Shown here piece by piece: positions 54,027-62,824 of a stretch of 64,000 nt of DNA (positions within the stretch are counted from its first letter, which is position 1; each line of letters begins with the position of its first letter). The stretch comes from Paracoccaceae bacterium (lineage in GTDB: Bacteria; Pseudomonadota; Alphaproteobacteria; Rhodobacterales; Rhodobacteraceae): assembly GCA_050633465.1 (NCBI GenBank), contig JBOEGO010000010.1, forward strand, positions 3,674-67,673. Reading direction: 5' to 3'. The notes beneath the pieces are model-generated. The model did not search any database. It was not told the DNA's origin and saw only the letters and a program-made list of their open reading frames with translations. Made by a program: the position numbers and the translations under genes.

Positions 54027-54130
54027 GTGGATGCCTTGCGTCAGGTCGCAGGCACCAGCGGTGTCAGATTTGTCCTAAGGGAGGTTAAGCCTGTTGCGTT
54101 GCGACGAACGCGTGGACACTGGTTATGCGG

Positions 54131-55303
<1,173 letters not shown>

Positions 55304-55337
55304 TCAAAGCCGATTCGCGGTCAATTTGTTTTTTGAA

Positions 55338-55970
55338 TCAATCACTTAAGTTTTTATCTTGATACAAGATGTTGTGGACCGGTTTGAACGAACGTCTATG
55401 GTGTGGGGTTGCGCCAAGATTTTGAAGCGCGCTCATGTGGCTTTTCGACCCGTATCCCGCGTTGGTTTCCCAACCATAGCCGGGCCACTGTTGCGCCAAA
55501 TCCCACATGACATAATCCCGCCGTATTTTGGCCACAATTGAAGCCGCCGCAATGGACAGGGAACGCCCGTCGCCCTTGACGATCGCCTGCGCCGGAATGG
55601 TCAGCCCGCGCGGAATCATATTGCCGTCGATCAGCAAATGACGCGCCGCACGGGGCAGGCCAGCGACCGCACGTTCCATCGCCAGATGCGAGGCACGCAG
55701 GATGTTGATTTCGTCGATTTCCGCGACCGTGGCGCTGGCGATTGACACCTCGGCGCTGGCAAGGATCAGATCGTTCAGCACCTGCCGCCGTTTCGCCGTC
55801 AATTTTTTGGAATCGTTCAGCCCGTCGGGAATGTTGTCGGGGTCAAGGATCACGGCGGCGGCGGTGACGGGGCCAGCCAGCGGGCCGCGCCCCACCTCAT
55901 CCACGCCAGCGACGGGGGATAGGCCGCGCTGCATCGCGTCCCGTTCGAATGTGAAATCAGGTCCTGTCAT
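55338..55970 (-). CDS. rnhB: ribonuclease HII
   Basis: 210-aa ORF: [15 protein letters not shown] and DSKKL motifs. Confidence 0.93.
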   Translation of the reverse strand: MTGPDFTFERDAMQRGLSPVAGVDEVGRGPLAGPVTAAAVILDPDNIPDGLNDSKKLTAKRRQVLNDLILASAEVSIASATVAEIDEINILRASHLAMERAVAGLPRAARHLLIDGNMIPRGLTIPAQAIVKGDGRSLSIAAASIVAKIRRDYVMWDLAQQWPGYGWETNAGYGSKSHMSALQNLGATPHHRRSFKPVHNILYQDKNLSD

Positions 55971-56002
55971 GGGGTGGGGTATACGCGGGGCGCAGGCATA
56001 GC

Positions 56003-56032
56003 AAAAGGGGCGCAGGTTGCCCCGCGCCCCTT
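56003..56032 (-). terminator. putative terminator after hypothetical secreted protein gene
   Basis: The minus strand reads GGGGCGC-ggggcaacct-GCGCCCCTTTT, about 40 nt after the 56070 stop. Confidence 0.55.
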
Positions 56033-56069
56033 GGCTGGTTTGGGCCGATTGATCACGGCACCGCGCAAT

Positions 56070-56591
56070 TTAGCGGCGGGCGGTGCGGTAGCCCAGATTG
56101 GTCATGCATTTCACATCCCATGCGCCCCAGGTGCCGCCACGCGGACCGGCCAGATTGGTGCGGCACTGCCCCGGCAGGGCGCTAAGGCGGATGTTGTTTT
56201 TGTTCAGGCATTTGTCACCCATATAGGCACGGGTGCCGTGGCGGGTGCGCGCAGTCAGCGTGCATTGCGAGGGCAACACCTGATTGCGCACCCGGTTGGG
56301 CAGCGGGCGCGGCGTGACCTGACCACGGTTGGGCACGATCACCTGCGGGCGCGGGTTGTTATGGGGCTGATACCCGCCGTAATTGCTGCCGTGATGCCCG
56401 TTGCGGGTCACGACCTGCGGCTGGTGGCGGCCACGGTTGTTGTCGTTCAGGGCATTGGCGATGATGGCCACGGTGGCGGCACCCGCGATAAAGCGGAACA
56501 CCTCTTTGTCGCCCGCCTGTGCGGTGGTGGCGCCGAATGCGGTCAGCGAAAGCGAAGCGGCCAGAACGAGGCTGATAAATTTGCGGGACAT
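56070..56591 (-). CDS. hypothetical secreted protein with 4-Cys C-terminal domain
   Basis: Start at MSRKFISLVLAASLSLTAFGATTAQA (signal peptide). N/P/Q/R/H-rich linker and four Cys in the last ~70 aa. Its own terminator lies downstream. No family recognised. Confidence 0.55.
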   Translation of the reverse strand: MSRKFISLVLAASLSLTAFGATTAQAGDKEVFRFIAGAATVAIIANALNDNNRGRHQPQVVTRNGHHGSNYGGYQPHNNPRPQVIVPNRGQVTPRPLPNRVRNQVLPSQCTLTARTRHGTRAYMGDKCLNKNNIRLSALPGQCRTNLAGPRGGTWGAWDVKCMTNLGYRTARR

Positions 56592-56771
56592 GGTGTTGAT
56601 CCTTTTGGGTTGCGTGTTGTGGGTGGCCCGACCAGTGGGCCGAACGTGGTGGGTCAAGATTGGGGGCGGCGGGCAAAGTCAGGCAATATCGGCGCGTGGT
56701 TATCGGATAACAGCGGGGGTTTGCCCCCTTGGTTATTGAATATCGGCGGGGGGTTGCGCATTGTCGGGCCC

Positions 56772-57062
56772 ATGAAACAGATCATCCTTTCCCTTGCTGC
56801 CATCATGGCCCTGACGCTGGCACAGCCCGCGCAGGCCGCTGATTGCTATGCCGATTACAAGGCCAAACAGGACAGCCCGCTGCGCCTGCATTACGGTGTG
56901 ATGCAGCTGCGCGGGGCCTGCACAAAACAGAATGCGCGTGCCGAATTGTCGGCGCGGTTGAAACAGAACGGGTGGACGTTGCTGAATGTCCTTTCGGTGT
57001 TTGACGGGTCGGTGTTGCAGGGGAAGCAGGCGAATGCCGGACAATATTTCCTTCGCTTCTGA
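56772..57062 (+). CDS. hypothetical small secreted protein (2 Cys)
   Basis: 96 aa from MKQIILSLAAIMALTLAQPAQA-ADC.... This is the C-terminal part of a long track ORF whose upstream part is an antisense shadow. Confidence 0.55.
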   Translation: MKQIILSLAAIMALTLAQPAQAADCYADYKAKQDSPLRLHYGVMQLRGACTKQNARAELSARLKQNGWTLLNVLSVFDGSVLQGKQANAGQYFLRF

Positions 57063-57738
57063 GGTGCGCCGTTCGGGCAGCCGTTTGGTCGCCATTGGCA
57101 TCGCCGGGATCGTGCTGATCCTGCTGGGCGCTGCTATCTGGCTGTATTTCACCCTGCCCGATGGCAATGCATTTAATGCGCGGGTCGAACGGTTGTTCGT
57201 GGAAAACGACACATTGACCAGCGGCGCGGAAATCAAACTGCTGGAAATTCTGGCCGGATCGGGCACCGCGTTTTCCGACACATTGGCCAGCTATCGCATG
57301 GTGATTTTCGTGCTGTTGATTTTCGCCACCGCGTTGTTGGTGGCGGCGCTGGTGTTTCTGGTCATGTTGGTGGCGATGAACCGGCGCATGGCACAGATCG
57401 AACGCGCAGGGATACAGGTGAATTCGCTGCTGATCTCGCGCGAGGAAAAGACCGTGTATCTGAACAATATGGGGTTCAAATTGACCGACGCGGCGATGGA
57501 AACCCTAAGCGTGCTGGCCGAGGCCCGTTTGGACGATGATGTGCTGTCAGGTGCCGAGATCGAGGCCGTGGTATCGGGCCGCCAAGCGGTCGATTGCGAA
57601 GAGGCCGCTGGCGCGACACGCATCAAACGGCTGCGCGACACGCTGGGCAATCAGTTGGTTTCAGAGCTGCTGGTGAAAAATATCGCACGGCGAGGCTATA
57701 TGCTGTCGGTCGATAAGGGCGTGATCAAGATGCTATAG
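57034..57738 (+). CDS. two-TM membrane protein with C-terminal OmpR/PhoB-type winged-helix DNA-binding domain
   Basis: Start at MPDNISF (or GTG at 57064). Two hydrophobic helices flank a ~50-aa loop. The C-terminus (KLTDAAMETLSVLAEA...TRIKRLRDTLG...ARRGYML) fits the trans_reg_C pattern. Confidence 0.6.
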   Translation: MPDNISFASEVRRSGSRLVAIGIAGIVLILLGAAIWLYFTLPDGNAFNARVERLFVENDTLTSGAEIKLLEILAGSGTAFSDTLASYRMVIFVLLIFATALLVAALVFLVMLVAMNRRMAQIERAGIQVNSLLISREEKTVYLNNMGFKLTDAAMETLSVLAEARLDDDVLSGAEIEAVVSGRQAVDCEEAAGATRIKRLRDTLGNQLVSELLVKNIARRGYMLSVDKGVIKML

Positions 57739-58935
57739 CGCGGGGTCACGCAGCCAGCCATCCAGATATTCCACACGGTCACATCCGGCAAAACGCGCCA
57801 TGCGGGCCAGTTCGGAGTCCAGCCGTTTTTGCCGTAGTTTGCCGAATTTCACGCCCTGTTCGGGCCAGACAGCGGTGATGCGCAGGGTGGATTGATCGCG
57901 GTGGGCCTTCATATCTATGCGGCCGATCAGGTTGGCCCCCTCGATCAGGGGGAAAACGTAATAGCCGTATTTGCGTTTGGGCGCGGGGGTGAATACCTCG
58001 ATCCGGTATTGGAAATTGAACAGGCGTTCGGCGCGTTTTCGGTCGCGCAGGGCCGGATCAAAGGGTGACAACACGCGGATGCGACCCGTGGGGTCGGGCG
58101 CATTTCGGGCGGATTCGATGATATCGGGGCGGGCCAGATGGGTGCGGGTGCTGCCATCGGCGTTTTCGATTTCAACGGCGGCAAGCGCGCCGGTTTTTTG
58201 CTGGGCCGCGGCCCATTTCCGCGCCTCGGCAGGGGTGATGATATCCCAGAATGCGGCCAGTTCGCCCGTGGTGGCAAAGCCCAGCCTGTCAAGCGCGGCG
58301 TTGCAGGCCCAGTCGATTGTCTGGTCAGGATCGGGAGTATGGTCGCGGTATTGCGGCGGGATCACGCGTTCGGTCAGGTCATAGTGTTTCTGGAAATTAT
58401 GGCGGTGCGTGACCGACAAGATGCCGCAACGCCACTGATATTCCAGCGCGGTTTTGGCGGGGTGCCAATCCCACCAGCCGTCGCCCTTGCGGGCCGGATC
58501 ATCGCGCACATCGCTGGAACAAACCGGCCCGTGATTGGTGATTTGCGCCAGCACGGCATCGGATTTTTCATCAACGCCGTGGCGTTGCCACAGCTTCCAT
58601 TGCTTGGCCAGACGGTCCGCATCGCGTGCCATTTTCAGCCGCCAATGCGGGAAAAATTGCACCGGAATGACGCTGGCGTCATGGGTCCAATGTTCAAAAA
58701 TCGCGCGGTCGTGTTTTAGCAGACGATCCAGCGCAGGCGGGCGATAGGCGGGGCGGCGGGCGAACAGGATCATGTGGTGGGCGCGTTCGACCGTGGCGAT
58801 GCTGTCCAGTTGGACAAACCCCAATTGGGTGATCAGCGCGGCCAGATCCGCGCCCTTGGCCTGCGCGGGGGGCAGGCCGGACAGGGCATGACGGTGCAGG
58901 AAAAGTTTACGTGCGGATAGGTTGTTCAGCTGCAT
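57733..58935 (-). CDS. winged-helix DNA glycosylase-like protein (YcaQ/DUF1006 family)
   Basis: 400-aa ORF: LGFVQLDSI, YELYTPAPKRKYGYY-like (EVFTPAPKRKYGYYVFP) and GRIDMKA motifs remembered from the YcaQ family. Confidence 0.75.
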   Translation of the reverse strand: MQLNNLSARKLFLHRHALSGLPPAQAKGADLAALITQLGFVQLDSIATVERAHHMILFARRPAYRPPALDRLLKHDRAIFEHWTHDASVIPVQFFPHWRLKMARDADRLAKQWKLWQRHGVDEKSDAVLAQITNHGPVCSSDVRDDPARKGDGWWDWHPAKTALEYQWRCGILSVTHRHNFQKHYDLTERVIPPQYRDHTPDPDQTIDWACNAALDRLGFATTGELAAFWDIITPAEARKWAAAQQKTGALAAVEIENADGSTRTHLARPDIIESARNAPDPTGRIRVLSPFDPALRDRKRAERLFNFQYRIEVFTPAPKRKYGYYVFPLIEGANLIGRIDMKAHRDQSTLRITAVWPEQGVKFGKLRQKRLDSELARMARFAGCDRVEYLDGWLRDPAL

Positions 58936-59961
58936 CTAGTCGCGGCGCAACGTGTCGCCGTAGCTGATTTTCGGGGTCAGAATGACCTGATCATCCATCG
59001 GGGCATCGGGGTTTTGCGTGCGTTCGACCAGAATTTCGGCGGCACGGCGGCCCACCTCGGCGCGGCAGGCATCCATGGTGGCCAATTGGCGGGGCAGACC
59101 CTGCAATAATTCCACCCCGTTGAAACCGGCAAGGCCGATATCGCCGGGAATATCATAGCCCTTTTCGATCAGGTAAAGCAGCCCCCCCGCCCCGATCATA
59201 TCATTGGAATAATAGAGAAAATCCAGATCAGGGGTGCGTTCCAGCATGGTTTGGGTCATTTCGCGCCCTTTGGCGAGGGCGGAGCCGCCGGAATAAAATT
59301 CCTGATCGGCCATTTCGATGCCCGCCTTGGCCAGCGCCTGAGTGAAGCCTTCGAAGCGTTTGCGGGCGCGATGGTCCAACGGCATTTTAGTGCCCAGAAA
59401 CCCGATGCGGCGGTATCCGGCCTCGATGATCGCGGCGGCCATTTCACGGCCAGCGCGGCGATGCGAGATACCCACCATGGCATCGACGGGAATACCGTCG
59501 GTATCCATGATTTCAACCACCGGAATGCCGCTGGCGCGCAGCATGGCGCGGGAGGCGTCGGAATGTTCCAGCCCTGCGATGATCACACCGGAAGGACGCC
59601 AGGACAGCATTTCATACAAAACTTTTTCTTCCTTTTCAGGAAGATAGTCGGTGACGCCCACGACCGGTTGCAGGTCTGTTTCCTCTAACACGCGGGAAAT
59701 GCCGGTCATCACCTCGGGGAACACCATGTTGGACAGCGAAGGAATGATGACCGCCACCAGATTGACCCGCTGGCTGGCCAGCGCACCCGCGATTTTATTG
59801 GGCACATAGCCAAGAGATTTTGCCGCTTGCAGCACCTTTTCGCGTGTGGTGTCAGACACATCGCCACGGTTGCGCAACACGCGACTGACCGTCATTTCTG
59901 AAACGCCTGATGCTTCGGATACATCGCGCAGGGTCAGGGGGCGGGCAGTTTTTGGTGTCAC
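58936..59961 (-). CDS. LacI family transcriptional regulator (GntR-repressor-like)
   Basis: N-terminal HTH LRDVSEASGVSEMTVSRVLRN plus a periplasmic-binding-protein-like sugar-binding core. Confidence 0.9.
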   Translation of the reverse strand: MTPKTARPLTLRDVSEASGVSEMTVSRVLRNRGDVSDTTREKVLQAAKSLGYVPNKIAGALASQRVNLVAVIIPSLSNMVFPEVMTGISRVLEETDLQPVVGVTDYLPEKEEKVLYEMLSWRPSGVIIAGLEHSDASRAMLRASGIPVVEIMDTDGIPVDAMVGISHRRAGREMAAAIIEAGYRRIGFLGTKMPLDHRARKRFEGFTQALAKAGIEMADQEFYSGGSALAKGREMTQTMLERTPDLDFLYYSNDMIGAGGLLYLIEKGYDIPGDIGLAGFNGVELLQGLPRQLATMDACRAEVGRRAAEILVERTQNPDAPMDDQVILTPKISYGDTLRRD

Positions 59962-60140
59962 TGGGAATACGTCCTGAAATGGTTCCTGATCAGGTTAGCG
60001 CCAAATCCACGCGGTATTCAAGCAGCGCGGCCCATGTAGGTGAAAATCATTGTGCGTTGACGGGGCTTTATCATGGTTTGCTACACAAATGGCCACCCCT
60101 TTGGGGCAGCCATTTGCAAGAGACCGGGCGTTGATCGGAT

Positions 60141-62570
60141 TCAGAAATCAGCCCAACCAGGGTCGATATTCCCTTGCGGTGGAACCTGAACAGGCGGGCC
60201 ATTTACAACCTTTTTGACAGTGTCTGCGTGTTTGACGCTGCCTGTGTGCATTGCGGGCGCGGCCTGCGGTTTCGTTGATTTGGTTTTGATTTTTTCAGGT
60301 CCGCCGGTCACGGTGAACGCGGCCGACATCTGGATCAGTTTGCCCGCCTCCTTGGCCAGACTGCTGCCAGCGCCGTGAACTTCTGTGGCCATGCTGGCGT
60401 TCTTTTGGGTCACTTCATCCAGATGGTTGACGGCTTCGTTTATGGATTCCAACCCGATGGACTGTTCGCGGGCCGCTGTGGCAATTTGCGTCACAGAGAC
60501 CGAGACCTTTTCCATATCGCCCTGCAATCCGTCAAAGGATGATCCGACTTTTTCTACGACCTCGACCCCGCTGCTGACGTTATCTGCACTTTCACGGATG
60601 AGACCATTGATTTCCTTTGCCGCCTCGGAACTGCGCAGTGCCAATGCCCTGACCTCGGATGCGACAACAGCAAAGCCGCGCCCGGCGTCACCCGCACGGG
60701 CAGCTTCGACACCCGCATTCAGCGCCAAAAGATTGGTCTGGAACGCCAGCGTTTCGATCACCTCTGTGACCTGGGTGATTTTCTGCGAGGATGCGGATAT
60801 GCGCTCCATCGCTTCCATCGCTGTACGCACCACTTCGCGGCTGTTGGTTGCATCTGCACGCGCGCGGGTCATCACATGATCTGCTTCTCCGGCGGAATCG
60901 GCTGTGGATTTCACACTTGCGCTGAGTTCAGTGATTGCGGCTGCGGTTTCTTCCAGGTTTGCGGCCTGTTCTGCGGTGCGATCGCTAAGCGCATTGGTGG
61001 ATGTTTCAATGCCGCGCGACGTGGTGTCGATCTCTTCGGAACTGCGCAGCAAAGAGGCGATCGCATCATCAAGACGACTGACCGCATTGTTAAAGGACTG
61101 GCGTAATTTTTCGTAGTCTTCGGGGAATTCTTCGTCAATCGTGCGGGTGAGATTGCCCTCGTTCAAGTGTGCGACTGCCGTGCTGAGGCTTTCGACAACT
61201 TTGCGTTGCTCTGCGGCATGTAGCAGGCGGCGCGCTTGTTGTTCTTCGGCATCGGCCAGTTTTTCGCGCAGGTTGGCAAGATTGCGCGAGAGCATGCCGA
61301 ATTCTTCGGTGCGTTCGGTATAGGGAATTTCGACATCCAGCTTGCTGTCAGCCAGCGCGGTCACGCTGGTTCCGATACGTTCGAACGGGCGGGTAATCGC
61401 ACGGCTGATCAAAATCCCGAGGCCCGAAACAACAAGGCCGGCAACAGCCATAGTAATGAGCAAGGCATGTTTCAAAGCATTGATTTGCGCGTAAACTTCG
61501 GATTGTTTCTGCGTCACCACCAACAGCCAGTCGATCCCGTGTTCATTGATCCAGCGCGCCGACCCCACTTCGTGCAGGCCCAGTTCGTCAATGAAATGAA
61601 CCATCGAGACATGGCCATTTTGCGCAGCCTCAAACAAGGCCATTGTGCCTGTCATCTCCAGGATTTTGTGGCCACCCTGAAACCGGGAATCGCTTCGGTG
61701 TGTGGCATCCGAGCCCAGCAAAAACGTTTCGCCAGTTTGCCCCAGGCCATTGGAATTGTTCATAACATTATTCAAGACCTCGACAGGTGCCTGATAGATA
61801 AGCGCGCCAGCGGGTTTTCCCGTTCCATCCAGAATACGTTGAGCAAAAAAGGCTGCCGCGGCGCCATGACTGGGCGCATAGGGGGCAAAATCATCATAGG
61901 CGACTATGTCTTCGTCGGCCTCCATGGCCTTTTTGAACACCCGCGCCAATCCGGTATCTTTCCACTCTCCCTTATTCAGGTTGGTGGCAAAATCCAATTC
62001 CTTGAACACCGAATAGACAACATCACCATCGGCGTTCACAAGAAACACATCATAGTAGCCTGCGTTTTGCTGAACCTGCCGGAAATAGGAGTGAAATTTC
62101 CCATGGTTGCGGTCGTATTGCAGCTCGGCCGTTGATTCTTCGAGGTTTTGCCGCTGGCCCAGAGGGTGTGGATTGTTGTTGATATAGGCATCTTGCAATT
62201 GTTGTTGCGCGGAGTCGCCCAATTGCCGGTAGGCCAGTGTAAACAAAGTCAATGCGCCCTTTACCGTCGGGTTCTGGATCTGCGTGCTCATATCATTGTC
62301 GACCGCGTTGAACCAAGCCATGACCGCAGATTCGCGCGCTTCGAGCGTTGCTTCGAAGTTTTCCGACAGGCGCTGCACCAATATCCGCTCGGCCGCATTA
62401 AAGGAGATCAAACCGACGGTAGAGGCCACCAAAAGCGCCATGCCAACGATCACAACCGGCAGCTTATGGGTCAGCTTTCTGTTCGCAAGCCAGGCCCCCA
62501 CGCCGAAGCGCCGCCTTTTTTTGGGTTGGCCCGCCTTTGTCGCAGTGCCGGTCTGTTTCACTGTACTCAT
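60141..62570 (-). CDS. methyl-accepting chemotaxis protein with large periplasmic (Cache-like) domain, HAMP and C-terminal xWxxF tail
   Basis: 809-aa ORF. Two TM segments flank a ~330-aa ligand-binding region. MCP signalling domain (LNAGVEAARAGDAGRGFAVVASEVR). Ends ...PGWADF. Confidence 0.9.
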   Translation of the reverse strand: MSTVKQTGTATKAGQPKKRRRFGVGAWLANRKLTHKLPVVIVGMALLVASTVGLISFNAAERILVQRLSENFEATLEARESAVMAWFNAVDNDMSTQIQNPTVKGALTLFTLAYRQLGDSAQQQLQDAYINNNPHPLGQRQNLEESTAELQYDRNHGKFHSYFRQVQQNAGYYDVFLVNADGDVVYSVFKELDFATNLNKGEWKDTGLARVFKKAMEADEDIVAYDDFAPYAPSHGAAAAFFAQRILDGTGKPAGALIYQAPVEVLNNVMNNSNGLGQTGETFLLGSDATHRSDSRFQGGHKILEMTGTMALFEAAQNGHVSMVHFIDELGLHEVGSARWINEHGIDWLLVVTQKQSEVYAQINALKHALLITMAVAGLVVSGLGILISRAITRPFERIGTSVTALADSKLDVEIPYTERTEEFGMLSRNLANLREKLADAEEQQARRLLHAAEQRKVVESLSTAVAHLNEGNLTRTIDEEFPEDYEKLRQSFNNAVSRLDDAIASLLRSSEEIDTTSRGIETSTNALSDRTAEQAANLEETAAAITELSASVKSTADSAGEADHVMTRARADATNSREVVRTAMEAMERISASSQKITQVTEVIETLAFQTNLLALNAGVEAARAGDAGRGFAVVASEVRALALRSSEAAKEINGLIRESADNVSSGVEVVEKVGSSFDGLQGDMEKVSVSVTQIATAAREQSIGLESINEAVNHLDEVTQKNASMATEVHGAGSSLAKEAGKLIQMSAAFTVTGGPEKIKTKSTKPQAAPAMHTGSVKHADTVKKVVNGPPVQVPPQGNIDPGWADF

Positions 62571-62747
62571 CTGCCGCTCCTCATTACCTGACTACAGGTC
62601 ATGCAGTGCCAACAGCCACCTGAAGACACATATCAGAGCGATTAGTGACACAGCCTATTTAAAGACCTCTTAAAGCCCGTCATGTTTCCAGAACATGGTT
62701 ATTGAAGGATGACAAAAGCCACGCATCTGGGTAGGAACATGCCGCGT

Positions 62748-62824
62748 GGCCCCGTGGCTCAATTGGATAGAGCAGCCCCCTCCTAAGGGGCAGGTTGCAG
62801 GTTCGAATCCTGCCGGGGTCGCCA
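62748..62824 (+). tRNA. tRNA-Arg (anticodon CCU)
   Basis: Cloverleaf folded by hand. Acceptor GGCCCCG/CGGGGTC (one G-U), D arm GCTC-aattggata-GAGC, anticodon arm GCCCC-CTCCTAA-GGGGC, T arm GCAGG-TTCGAAT-CCTGC, and an encoded CCA. Confidence 0.92.

Noticed and set aside
54070-54130. An SD-like AAGGGAGG followed by a TTG, with short ORFs downstream of the ccrM stop on the plus strand.
   Set aside because: It lies in the ccrM 3' UTR and is antisense to ccrM. The ORF 54125-54754 is an antisense shadow with no supporting terminator or conservation cue.
55974-56771. The N-terminal 266 codons of the 362-aa plus-strand ORF 55974..57062.
   Set aside because: This part is antisense to the signal-peptide gene 56070-56591 and runs across its terminator. 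Only the last 96 codons, from a signal-peptide Met, look like a gene.
59170-59200. A C7 homopolymer inside the LacI-family gene, plus other G6-G7 runs (about 15095, 45895, 56748), considered as potential phase-variation tracts.
   Set aside because: The tracts are short, all reading frames are intact, and such runs are common in GC-rich DNA.
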